This document shows, in pieces, positions 1-13,490 of a stretch of DNA of 64,000 nt. The DNA comes from Eledone cirrhosa (taxonomy: Eukaryota), in NCBI GenBank assembly GCA_964016885.1, contig OZ024745.1, positions 64,542,001 through 64,606,000 of the forward strand, written 5' to 3'. Each line of letters opens with the position of its first letter. Within the stretch, counting starts at the first letter, position 1. The notes under the pieces are model-generated. The model searched no databases. It had not been told where the DNA came from and saw only the letters and a list, made by a program, of their open reading frames with translations. The position numbers and the translations under genes were made by a program.

Positions 1-3000
1 TTTGGGGGATCCATTTTTTATTTGGGTGATCCATTTTTTATTTGGGGGATCCATTTTTTATTTGGGGGATCCATTTTTTATTTGGGTGATACATTTTTTA
101 TTTGGGTGATCCATTTTTTATTTGGGTGATACATTTTTAATTTGGGTGATCCATTTTTTATTTGGGGGATCCATTTTTTATTTGGGTGATCCATTTTTTA
201 TTTGGGGGATCCATTTTTTATTTGGGTGATCCATTTTTTATTTGGGTGATCCATTTTTTAATTGGGTGATCCATTTTTTATTTGGGGGATCCATTTTTTA
301 TTTGGGTGATCCATTTTTTATTTGGGTGGTCCATTTTTTATTTGGGTGATCCATTTTTTATTTGGGGGATCCATTATTTATTTGGGTGATCCATTTTTTA
401 TTTGGGGATCCATTTTTTATTTGGGTGATCCATTTTTTATTTGGGTGATCCATTTTTTATTTGGGGGATCCATTTTTTATTTGGGTGATCCATTTTTTAT
501 TTGGGGGGTCCATTTTTTATTTGGGGGATCCATTTTTATTTGGGTGATCCATTTTTTATTTAGGGGATCCATTTTTTATTTGTGTGATCCATTTTTTATT
601 TGGGTTGATCCCTTTTTTATTTGGGGGATCCATTTTTTATTTGGGTGATCCATTTTTTATTTGGGGGATCCATTTTTTATTTGGGGGATCCATTTCTTAT
701 TTGGGTGATCCATTTTTTATTAGGGGGATCCATTTTTTATTTGGGTGATCCATTTTTATTTGGAGATCCATTTTTTATTTAGGTGATCTATTTTATAATT
801 GGGCGATCCATTTTTTATTTGGGGGATCCATTTTTTATTTGGGGGATCCATTATTTATTTGGGTGATCCATTTTTTATTTGGGTGATCCATTTTTTATTT
901 GGGTGATCCATTTTTTATTTGGGTGATCCATTTTTTATTTGGGTGATCCATTTTTTATTTGGGGGATCCATTTTTTATTTGGGTGATCCATTTTTTATTT
1001 GGGTGATCCATTTTTTATTTGAGGGATCCATTTTATATTTGGGTGATCCATTTTTTATTTGGGTGATCCATTTTTTATTTGGGGGATCCATTTTTTATTT
1101 GGGGGATCCATTTTTTATTTGGGGGATCCATTTTTTATTTGGGTGATCCATTTTTTATTTGGGGGATCCATTTTTTATTTGGGTGATCCATTTTATATTT
1201 GGGTGATCCATTTTTTATTTGGGTGATCCATTTTTTATTTGGGGAATTCATTTTTTATTTGGGTGATCCATTTTTTATTTGGGTGATCCATTTTTTATTT
1301 GGGGGATCCATTTTTTATTTGGGTGATCCATTATTTATTTGGGGGATCCATTTTTTATTTGGGGGATCCATTTTTTATTTGGGTGATCCATTTTTTATTT
1401 GGGGGATCCATTTTTTATTTGGGTGATCCATTTTTTATTTGTGGGATCCATTTTTTATTTGGGGGATCCATTTTTTATTTGGAGGATCCATTTTTTATTT
1501 GGGTGATCCATTTTTTATTTGGGTGATCCATTTATTATTTGGGGGATCCATTTTTTATTTGGGGGCAGAATTTTTATTTGGGTGATCCATTTTCTATTTG
1601 GGTGATCCATTTTTTATTTGGGTGATCCATTTTTTATTTGGGGGATCCATTTTTTATTTGGGGGCAGAATTTTTATTTGGGTGATCCACTTTCTATTTGG
1701 GTGATCCATTTTTTATTTGGGTGATCCATTTTTTATTTGGGTATTCCATTTTTTATTTGTGGGATCCATTTTTTATTTGGGTTATCCATTTTTTATTTGG
1801 GGGATCCAGTTTTTATTTGGGTCATCCATTTTTTATTTGGGGTATCCATTTTTTATTTGGGGGATCCATTTTTTATTTTGGGTGATCCATTTTTTATTAG
1901 GGGGATCCATTTTTTATTTGGGTGATCCATTTTTATTTGTAGATCCATTTTTTATTTGGGTGATCCATTTTTTAATTGGATGATCCATTTTTTATTTGGG
2001 GGATCCATTTTTTAATTGGGTGATCCATTTTTTATTTGGGGGATCCATTTTTTATTTGGGTGATCCATTTTTTATTTGGGGGATCCATTTTTTATTTGGG
2101 TGATCCATATTTTATTTGGGTGATCCATTTTTTATTTGGGGGATCCTTTTTTTATTTGGGTGATCCATTTTTTATTTGGGGGATTCATTTTTTATTTGGG
2201 TGATCCATTTTTTATTTGGGTGATCCATTTTTTATTTGGGGGATCCATTTTTTATTTGGGTGATCCATTATTTATTTGGGGGATCCATTTTTTATTTGGG
2301 GGATCCATTTTTTATTTGGGTGATCCATTTTTTATTTGGGGGATCCATTTTTTATTTGGGTGATCCATTTTTTATTTGTGGGATCCATTTTTTATTTGGG
2401 GGATCCATTTTTTATTTGGAGGATCCATTTTTTATTTGGGTGATCCATTTTTTATTTGGGTGATCCATTTATTATTTGGGGGATCCATTTTTTATTTGGG
2501 TGATCCATTTATTATTTGGGGGATCCATTTTTTATTTGGGGGCAGAATTTTTATTTGGGTGATCCATTTTCTATTTGGGTGATCCATTTTTTATTTGGGT
2601 GATCCATTTTTTATTTGGGGGATCCATTTTTTATTTGGGGGCAGAATTTTTATTTGGGTGATCCACTTTCTATTTGGGTGATCCATTTTTTATTTGGGGG
2701 ATCCATTTTTTATTTGGGGGATCCTTTTTTATTTGGGTGATCCATTTTTTATTTGGGGGATCCATTTTTTATTTGGGTGATCCATTTTTTATTTGTGGGA
2801 TCCATTTTTTATTTGGGGGATCCATTTTTTATTTGGGGGATCCATTTTTTATTTGGGTGATCCATTTTTTATTTGGGGGATCCATTTTTTATTTGGGTGA
2901 TCCATTTTTTATTTGGGTGATCCATTTTTTATTTGGGGGATCCATTTATTATTTGGGGGATCCATTTTTTTATTTGGGTGATCCATTCTTTATTTGGGTG

Positions 3001-3015
3001 ATCCATTTTTTATTT
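1..3015 (+). repeat. Higher-order block duplicated at about 8326-11340 (offset 8325 bp)
   Basis: Matching ORF-track peptides at constant offset 8325 (322/8647, 919/9244, 1199/9524, 1697/10022, 2136/10461, 2674/10999). Shared rare variants include GGGGAATTC (about 1241/9566) and GGGTTATCC (about 1779/10104). Confidence 0.93.
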
Positions 3016-3559
3016 GGGGGATCCATTTTTTATTTTGGGTGATCCATTTTTTATTAGGGGGATCCATTTATTATTTGGGGGATCCATTTATTATTTGGGG
3101 GATCCATTTTTTTATTTGGGTGATCCATTCTTTATTTGGGTGATCCATTTTTTATTTGGGGGATCCATTTTTTATTTAGTTGATCCATTTTTTAATTGGG
3201 TGATCCATTTTTTATTTGGGTGATCCATTTTTTATTTGGGTATTCCATTTTTTATTTGTGGGATCCATTTTTTATTTGGGGGATCCATTTTTTATTTGGG
3301 GGATCCAATTTTATTTGGGTGATCCATTTTTTATTTGGGTGATCCATTTTTTATTTGCGGGATCCAATTTTTATTTGGGTGATCCATTTTTTATTTGGGT
3401 GATACATTTTTTATTTGGGGGATCCATTTTTTATTTGGGTGATCCATTTTTTATTTGTGGAATCCATTTTTTATTTGGGGGATCCATTTTTTATTTGGGT
3501 GATCCATTCTTTATTTGGGTGATCCATTTTTTATTTGGGGGATCCATTTTTAATTTGGG

Positions 3560-6500
3560 TGATCCATTTTTTATTTGGGGGATCCATTTTTTATTTGGGT
3601 GATCCATTTTTTATTTGGGGGATCCATTTTTTAATTGGGTGATCCATTTTTTATTTGGGGGATCCATTTTTTATTTGGGTGATCCATTTTTTATTTGGGG
3701 GATCCATTTTTTATTTGGGTGATCCATATTTTATTTGGGTGATCCATTTTTTATTTGGGGGATCCTTTTTTTATTTGGGTGATCCATTTTTTATTTGGGG
3801 GATTCATTTTTTATTTGGGTGATCCATTTTTTATTTGGGTGATCCATTTTTTATTTGGGGGATCCATTTTTTATTTGGGTGATCCATTATTTATTTGGGG
3901 GATCCATTTTTTATTTGGGGGATCCATTTTTTATTTGGGTGATCCATTTTTTATTTGGGGGATCCATTTTTTATTTGGGTGATCCATTTTTTATTTGTGG
4001 GATCCATTTTTTATTTGGGGGATCCATTTTTTATTTGGAGGATCCATTTTTTATTTGGGTGATCCATTTTTTATTTGGGTGATCCATTTATTATTTGGGG
4101 GATCCATTTTTTATTTGGGGGCAGAATTTTTATTTGGGTGATCCATTTTCTATTTGGGTGATCCATTTTTTATTTGGGTGATCCATTTTTTATTTGGGGG
4201 ATCCATTTTTTATTTGGGGGCAGAATTTTTATTTGGGTGATCCACTTTCTATTTGGGTGATCCATTTTTTATTTGGGGGATCCATTTTTTATTTGGGGGA
4301 TCCTTTTTTATTTGGGTGATCCATTTTTTATTTGGGGGATCCATTTTTTATTTGGGTGATCCATTTTTTATTTGTGGGATCCATTTTTTATTTGGGGGAT
4401 CCATTTTTTATTTGGGGGATCCATTTTTTATTTGGGTGATCCATTTTTTATTTGGGGGAACCATTTTTTATTTGGGTGATCCATTTTTTATTTGGGTGAT
4501 CCATTTTTTATTTGGGGGGTCCATTTATTATTTGGGGGATCCATTTTTTTATTTGGGTGATCCATTCTTTATTTGGGTGATCCATTTTTTATTTGGGGGA
4601 TCCATTTTTTATTTTGGGTGATCCATTTTTTATTAGGGGGATCCATTTTTTATTTGGGTGATCCATTTTTATTTGTAGATCCATTTTTTATTTGGGTGAT
4701 CCATTTTTTATTTGGGGGATCCATTTTTTATTTGGGGGATCCAATTTTTATTTGGGTGATCCATTTTTTATTTGGGTGATACATTTTTTATTTGGGGGAT
4801 CCATTTTTTATTTGGGTGATCCATTTTTTATTTGTGGAATCCATTTTTTATTTGGGGGATCCATTTTTTATTTGGGTGATCCATTTTTTATTTGGGTGAT
4901 CCATTTTTTATTTGGGGGATCCATTTTTAATTTGGGTGATCCATTTTTTATTTGGGGGATCCATTTTTTATTTGGGTGATCCATTTTTTATTTGGGGGAT
5001 CCATTTTTTAATTGGGTGATCCATTTTTTATTTGGGGGATCCATTTTTTATTTGGGTGATCCATTTTTTATTTGGGTGATCCATTTTTTATTTGGGGGAT
5101 CCATTTTTTATTTGGGTGATCCATTTTTTATTTGGGGGATCCATTTTTTAATTGGGTGATCCATTTTTTATTTGGGGGATCCATTTTTTATTTGGGTGAT
5201 CCATTTTTTATTTGGGGGATCCATTTTTTATTTGGGTGATCCATATTTTATTTGGGTGATCCATTTTTTATTTGGGGGATCCTTTTTTTATTTGGGTGAT
5301 CCATTTTTTATTTGGGGGATTCATTTTTTATTTGGGTGATCCATTTTTTATTTGGGTGATCCATTTTTTATTTGGGGGATCCATTTTTTATTTGGGTGAT
5401 CCATTATTTATTTGGGGGATCCATTTTTTATTTGGGGGATCCATTTTTTATTTGGGTGATCCATTTTTTATTTGGGGGATCCATTTTTTATTTGGGTGAT
5501 CCATTTTTTATTTGTGGGATCCATTTTTTATTTGGGGGATCCATTTTTTATTTGGAGGATCCATTTTTTATTTGGGTGATCCATTTTTTATTTGGGTGAT
5601 CCATTTATTATTTGGGGGATCCATTTTTTATTTGGGGGCAGAATTTTTATTTGGGTGATCCATTTTCTATTTGGGTGATCCATTTTTTATTTGGGTGATC
5701 CATTTTTTATTTGGGGGATCCATTTTTTATTTGGGGGCAGAATTTTTATTTGGGTGATCCACTTTCTATTTGGGTGATCCATTTTTTATTTGGGGGATCC
5801 ATTTTTTATTTGGGGGATCCTTTTTTATTTGGGTGATCCATTTTTTATTTGGGGGATCCATTTTTTATTTGGGTGATCCATTTTTTATTTGTGGGATCCA
5901 TTTTTTATTTGGGGGATCCATTTTTTATTTGGGGGATCCATTTTTTATTTGGGTGATCCATTTTTTATTTGGGGGATCCATTTTTTATTTGGGTGATCCA
6001 TTTTTTATTTGGGTGATCCATTTTTTATTTGGGGGATCCATTTATTATTTGGGGGATCCATTTTTTTATTTGGGTGATCCATTCTTTATTTGGGTGATCC
6101 ATTTTTTATTTGGGGGATCCATTTTTTATTTTGGGTGATCCATTTTTTATTAGGGGGATCCATTTTTTATTTGGGTGATCCATTTTTATTTGTAGATCCA
6201 TTTTTTATTTGGGTGATCCATTTTTTATTTGGGGGATCCATTTTTTATTTGGGGGATCCAATTTTTATTTGGGTGATCCATTTTTTATTTGGGTGATACA
6301 TTTTTTATTTGGGGGATCCATTTTTTATTTGGGTGATCCATTTTTTATTTGTGGAATCCATTTTTTATTTGGGGGATCCATTTTTTATTTGGGTGATCCA
6401 TTTTTTATTTGGGTGATCCATTTTTTATTTGGGGGATCCATTTTTAATTTGGGTGATCCATTTTTTATTTGGGGGATCCATTTTTTATTTGGGTGATCCA

Positions 6501-6600
6501 TTTTTTATTTGGGGGATCCATTTTTTAATTGGGTGATCCATTTTTTATTTGGGGGATCCATTTTTTATTTGGGTGATCCATTTTTTATTTGGGGGATCCA
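3560..6600 (+). repeat. Tandem duplication, unit about 1517 bp
   Basis: ORF pairs 3755/5272, 3855/5372, 4253/5770, 4573/6090 and 4692/6209 are all offset 1517. GCAGAA markers at 4121/5638 and 4220/5737 agree. Confidence 0.92.
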
Positions 6601-7349
6601 TTTTTTATTTGGGTGATCCATATTTTATTTGGGTGATCCATTTTTTATTTGGGGGATCCTTTTTTTATTTGGGTGATCCATTTTTTATTTGGGGGATTCA
6701 TTTTTTATTTGGGTGATCCATTTTTTATTTGTGGGATCCATTTTTTATTTGGGGGATCCATTTTTTATTTGGAGGATCCATTTTTTATTTGGGTGATCCA
6801 TTTTTTATTTGGGTGATCCATTTATTATTTGGGGGATCCATTTTTTATTTGGGGGCAGAATTTTTATTTGGGTGATCCATTTTCTATTTGGGTGATCCAT
6901 TTTTTATTTGGGTGATCCATTTTTTATTTGGGGGATCCATTTTTTATTTGGGGGCAGAATTTTTATTTGGGTGATCCACTTTCTATTTGGGTGATCCATT
7001 TTTTATTTGGGTGATCCATTTTTTATTTGGGTATTCCATTTTTTATTTGTGGGATCCATTTTTTATTTGGGTGATCCATTTTTTATTTGGGGGATCCAGT
7101 TTTTATTTGGGTCATCCATTTTTTATTTGGGGTATCCATTTTTTATTTGGGGGATCCATTTTTTATTTTGGGTGATCCATTTTTTATTAGGGGGATCCAT
7201 TTTTTATTTGGGTGATCCATTTTTATTTGTAGATCCATTTTTTATTTGGGTGATCCATTTTTTAATTGGATGATCCATTTTTTATTTGGGGGATCCATTT
7301 TTTATTTGGGGGATCCATTATTTATTTGGGGGATCCATTTTTTATTTGG

Positions 7350-10300
7350 GTGATCCATTTTTTATTTGGGTGATCCATTTTTTAATTGGGGGATCCATTT
7401 TTTATTTAGTTGATCCATTTTTTAATTGGGTGATCCATTTTTTATTTGGGGGATCCATTTTTTATTTGGGGGATCCATTGTTTATTTGGGTGATTCATTG
7501 TTTATTTGGGTGATCCATTTTTTATTTGGGTGATCCATTTTTTATTTGGGGGATCCATTTTTTATTTGGGGGATCCATTTTTTATTTGGGTGATCCATTT
7601 TTTATTTGGGTGATCCATTTTTTATTTGTGGGATCCATTTTTTATTTGGGGGATCCATTTTTTATTTGGGGGATCCTTTTTTTATTTGGGTGATCCATTT
7701 TTTATTTGGGTGATCCATTTTTTTTGGGGGGGATCCATTTTTTATTTGGGTGATCCATTTTTTATTTGGGGGATCCATTTTTTATTTGGGGGATCCATTT
7801 TTTATTTGGGTGATACATTTTTTATTTGGGTGATCCATTTTTTATTTGGGTGATCCATTTTTTATTTGGGTTGATCCCTTTTTTATTTGGGGGATCCATT
7901 TTTTATTTGGGTGATCCATTTTTTATTTGGGGGATCCATTTTTTATTTGGGGGATCCATTTCTTATTTGGGTGATCCATTTTTTATTTGGGGGATCCATT
8001 TTTTATTTGGGGGATCCATTGTTTATTTGGGTGATTCATTGTTTATTTGGGTGATCCATTTTTTATTTGGGTGATCCATTTTTTATTTGGGGGATCCATT
8101 TTTTATTTGGGGGATCCATTTTTTATTTGGGTGATCCATTTTTTATTTGGGTGATCCATTTTTTATTTGTGGGATCCATTTTTTATTTGGGGGATCCATT
8201 TTTTATTTGGGGGATCCTTTTTTTATTTGGGTGATCCATTTTTTATTTGGGTGATCCATTTTTTATTTGGGGGATCCATTTTTTATTTGGGTGATCCATT
8301 TTTTATTTGGGTGATCCATTTTTTATTTGGGGGATCCATTTTTTATTTGGGTGATCCATTTTTTATTTGGGGGATCCATTTTTTATTTGGGGGATCCATT
8401 TTTTATTTGGGTGATACATTTTTTATTTGGGTGATCCATTTTTTATTTGGGTGATACATTTTTAATTTGGGTGATCCATTTTTTATTTGGGGGATCCATT
8501 TTTTATTTGGGTGATCCATTTTTTATTTGGGGGATCCATTTTTTATTTGGGTGATCCATTTTTTATTTGGGTGATCCATTTTTTAATTGGGTGATCCATT
8601 TTTTATTTGGGGGATCCATTTTTTATTTGGGTGATCCATTTTTTATTTGGGTGGTCCATTTTTTATTTGGGTGATCCATTTTTTATTTGGGGGATCCATT
8701 ATTTATTTGGGTGATCCATTTTTTATTTGGGGATCCATTTTTTATTTGGGTGATCCATTTTTTATTTGGGTGATCCATTTTTTATTTGGGGGATCCATTT
8801 TTTATTTGGGTGATCCATTTTTTATTTGGGGGGTCCATTTTTTATTTGGGGGATCCATTTTTATTTGGGTGATCCATTTTTTATTTAGGGGATCCATTTT
8901 TTATTTGTGTGATCCATTTTTTATTTGGGTTGATCCCTTTTTTATTTGGGGGATCCATTTTTTATTTGGGTGATCCATTTTTTATTTGGGGGATCCATTT
9001 TTTATTTGGGGGATCCATTTCTTATTTGGGTGATCCATTTTTTATTAGGGGGATCCATTTTTTATTTGGGTGATCCATTTTTATTTGGAGATCCATTTTT
9101 TATTTAGGTGATCTATTTTATAATTGGGCGATCCATTTTTTATTTGGGGGATCCATTTTTTATTTGGGGGATCCATTATTTATTTGGGTGATCCATTTTT
9201 TATTTGGGTGATCCATTTTTTATTTGGGTGATCCATTTTTTATTTGGGTGATCCATTTTTTATTTGGGTGATCCATTTTTTATTTGGGGGATCCATTTTT
9301 TATTTGGGTGATCCATTTTTTATTTGGGTGATCCATTTTTTATTTGAGGGATCCATTTTATATTTGGGTGATCCATTTTTTATTTGGGTGATCCATTTTT
9401 TATTTGGGGGATCCATTTTTTATTTGGGGGATCCATTTTTTATTTGGGGGATCCATTTTTTATTTGGGTGATCCATTTTTTATTTGGGGGATCCATTTTT
9501 TATTTGGGTGATCCATTTTATATTTGGGTGATCCATTTTTTATTTGGGTGATCCATTTTTTATTTGGGGAATTCATTTTTTATTTGGGTGATCCATTTTT
9601 TATTTGGGTGATCCATTTTTTATTTGGGGGATCCATTTTTTATTTGGGTGATCCATTATTTATTTGGGGGATCCATTTTTTATTTGGGGGATCCATTTTT
9701 TATTTGGGTGATCCATTTTTTATTTGGGGGATCCATTTTTTATTTGGGTGATCCATTTTTTATTTGTGGGATCCATTTTTTATTTGGGGGATCCATTTTT
9801 TATTTGGAGGATCCATTTTTTATTTGGGTGATCCATTTTTTATTTGGGTGATCCATTTATTATTTGGGGGATCCATTTTTTATTTGGGGGCAGAATTTTT
9901 ATTTGGGTGATCCATTTTCTATTTGGGTGATCCATTTTTTATTTGGGTGATCCATTTTTTATTTGGGGGATCCATTTTTTATTTGGGGGCAGAATTTTTA
10001 TTTGGGTGATCCACTTTCTATTTGGGTGATCCATTTTTTATTTGGGTGATCCATTTTTTATTTGGGTATTCCATTTTTTATTTGTGGGATCCATTTTTTA
10101 TTTGGGTTATCCATTTTTTATTTGGGGGATCCAGTTTTTATTTGGGTCATCCATTTTTTATTTGGGGTATCCATTTTTTATTTGGGGGATCCATTTTTTA
10201 TTTTGGGTGATCCATTTTTTATTAGGGGGATCCATTTTTTATTTGGGTGATCCATTTTTATTTGTAGATCCATTTTTTATTTGGGTGATCCATTTTTTAA

Positions 10301-13300
10301 TTGGATGATCCATTTTTTATTTGGGGGATCCATTTTTTAATTGGGTGATCCATTTTTTATTTGGGGGATCCATTTTTTATTTGGGTGATCCATTTTTTAT
10401 TTGGGGGATCCATTTTTTATTTGGGTGATCCATATTTTATTTGGGTGATCCATTTTTTATTTGGGGGATCCTTTTTTTATTTGGGTGATCCATTTTTTAT
10501 TTGGGGGATTCATTTTTTATTTGGGTGATCCATTTTTTATTTGGGTGATCCATTTTTTATTTGGGGGATCCATTTTTTATTTGGGTGATCCATTATTTAT
10601 TTGGGGGATCCATTTTTTATTTGGGGGATCCATTTTTTATTTGGGTGATCCATTTTTTATTTGGGGGATCCATTTTTTATTTGGGTGATCCATTTTTTAT
10701 TTGTGGGATCCATTTTTTATTTGGGGGATCCATTTTTTATTTGGAGGATCCATTTTTTATTTGGGTGATCCATTTTTTATTTGGGTGATCCATTTATTAT
10801 TTGGGGGATCCATTTTTTATTTGGGTGATCCATTTATTATTTGGGGGATCCATTTTTTATTTGGGGGCAGAATTTTTATTTGGGTGATCCATTTTCTATT
10901 TGGGTGATCCATTTTTTATTTGGGTGATCCATTTTTTATTTGGGGGATCCATTTTTTATTTGGGGGCAGAATTTTTATTTGGGTGATCCACTTTCTATTT
11001 GGGTGATCCATTTTTTATTTGGGGGATCCATTTTTTATTTGGGGGATCCTTTTTTATTTGGGTGATCCATTTTTTATTTGGGGGATCCATTTTTTATTTG
11101 GGTGATCCATTTTTTATTTGTGGGATCCATTTTTTATTTGGGGGATCCATTTTTTATTTGGGGGATCCATTTTTTATTTGGGTGATCCATTTTTTATTTG
11201 GGGGATCCATTTTTTATTTGGGTGATCCATTTTTTATTTGGGTGATCCATTTTTTATTTGGGGGATCCATTTATTATTTGGGGGATCCATTTTTTTATTT
11301 GGGTGATCCATTCTTTATTTGGGTGATCCATTTTTTATTTGGGTGATCCATTTTTTATTTGGGTGATCCATTTTTTAATTGGGGGATCCATTTTTTATTT
11401 AGTTGATCCATTTTTTAATTGGGTGATCCATTTTTTATTTGGGGGATCCATTTTTTATTTGGGGGATCCATTGTTTATTTGGGTGATTCATTGTTTATTT
11501 GGGTGATCCATTTTTTATTTGGGTGATCCATTTTTTATTTGGGTGACCCATTTTTTATTTGGGTGATCCATTTTTTTTGGGGGGGATCCATTTTTTATTT
11601 GGGTGATCCATTTTTTATTTGGGGGATCCATTTTTTATTTGGGGGATCCATTTTTTATTTGGGTGATCCATTTTTTATTTGGGTGATCCATTTTTTATTT
11701 GGGTGATCCATTTTTTTGGGGGGGGATCCATTTTTTATTTGGGTGATCCATTTTTTATTTGGGGGATCCATTTTTTATTTGGGGGATCCATTTTTTATTT
11801 GGGTGATACATTTTTTATTTGGGTGATCCATTTTTTATTTGGGTGATCCATTTTTTATTTGGGTTGATCCCTTTTTTATTTGGGGGATCCATTTTTTATT
11901 TGGGTGATCCATTTTTTATTTGGGGGATCCATTTTTTATTTGGGGGATCCATTTCTTATTTGGGTGATCCATTTTTTATTTGGGGGATCCATTTTTTATT
12001 TGGGGGATCCATTGTTTATTTGGGTGATTCATTGTTTATTTGGGTGATCCATTTTTTATTTGGGTGATCCATTTTTTATTTGGGGGATCCATTTTTTATT
12101 TGGGGGATCCATTTTTTATTTGGGTGATCCATTTTTTATTTGGGTGATCCATTTTTTATTTGTGGGATCCATTTTTTATTTGGGGGATCCATTTTTTATT
12201 TGGGGGATCCTTTTTTTATTTGGGTGATCCATTTTTTATTTGGGTGATCCATTTTTTATTTGGGGGATCCATTTTTTATTTGGGTGATCCATTTTTTATT
12301 TGGGTGATCCATTTTTTATTTGGGGGATCCATTTTTTATTTGGGTGATCCATTTTTTATTTGGGGGATCCATTTTTTATTTGGGGGATCCATTTTTTATT
12401 TGGGTGATACATTTTTTATTTGGGTGATCCATTTTTTATTTGGGTGATACATTTTTAATTTGGGTGATCCATTTTTTATTTGGGGGATCCATTTTTTATT
12501 TGGGTGATCCATTTTTTATTTGGGGGATCCATTTTTTATTTGGGTGATCCATTTTTTATTTGGGTGATCCATTTTTTAATTGGGTGATCCATTTTTTATT
12601 TGGGGGATCCATTTTTTATTTGGGTGATCCATTTTTTATTTGGGTGGTCCATTTTTTATTTGGGTGATCCATTTTTTATTTGGGGGATCCATTATTTATT
12701 TGGGTGATCCATTTTTTATTTGGGGATCCATTTTTTATTTGGGTGATCCATTTTCTATTTGGGTGATCCATTTTTTATTTGGGGGATCCATTTTTTATTT
12801 GGGTGATCCATTTTTTATTTGGGGGGTCCATTTTTTATTTGGGGGATCCATTTTTATTTGGGTGATCCATTTTTTATTTAGGGGATCCATTTTTTATTTG
12901 TGTGATCCATTTTTTATTTGGGTTGATCCCTTTTTTATTTGGGGGATCCATTTTTTATTTGGGTGATCCATTTTTTATTTGGGGGATCCATTTTTTATTT
13001 GGGGGATCCATTTCTTATTTGGGTGATCCATTTTTTATTAGGGGGATCCATTTTTTATTTGGGTGATCCATTTTTATTTGGAGATCCATTTTTTATTTAG
13101 GTGATCTATTTTATAATTGGGCGATCCATTTTTTATTTGGGGGATCCATTTTTTATTTGGGGGATCCATTATTTATTTGGGTGATCCATTTTTTATTTGG
13201 GTGATCCATTTTTTATTTGGGTGATCCATTTTTTATTTGGGTGATCCATTTTTTATTTGGGTGATCCATTTTTTATTTGGGGGATCCATTTTTTATTTGG

Positions 13301-13490
13301 GTGATCCATTTTTTATTTGGGTGATCCATTTTTTATTTGAGGGATCCATTTTATATTTGGGTGATCCATTTTTTATTTGGGTGATCCATTTTTTATTTGG
13401 GGGATCCATTTTTTATTTGGGGGATCCATTTTTTATTTGGGGGATCCATTTTTTATTTGGGTGATCCATTTTTTATTTGGGGGATCCATT
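7350..13490 (+). repeat. About 2.1-kb segment (7350-9500) repeated at 11340-13490 (offset 3993 bp)
   Basis: ORF pairs 7826/11819, 8167/12160, 8647/12640 and 9244/13237 are offset 3993. The rare GATCTATTTTATAATTGGGCG variant is shared (about 9110/13103). Confidence 0.9.

Noticed and set aside
1565-1600. Possible pairing between AGAA in the GCAGAA monomer and TTCT in the next monomer
   Set aside because: Only 4 bp of complementarity, and all copies descend from one event, so there is no independent covariation evidence.
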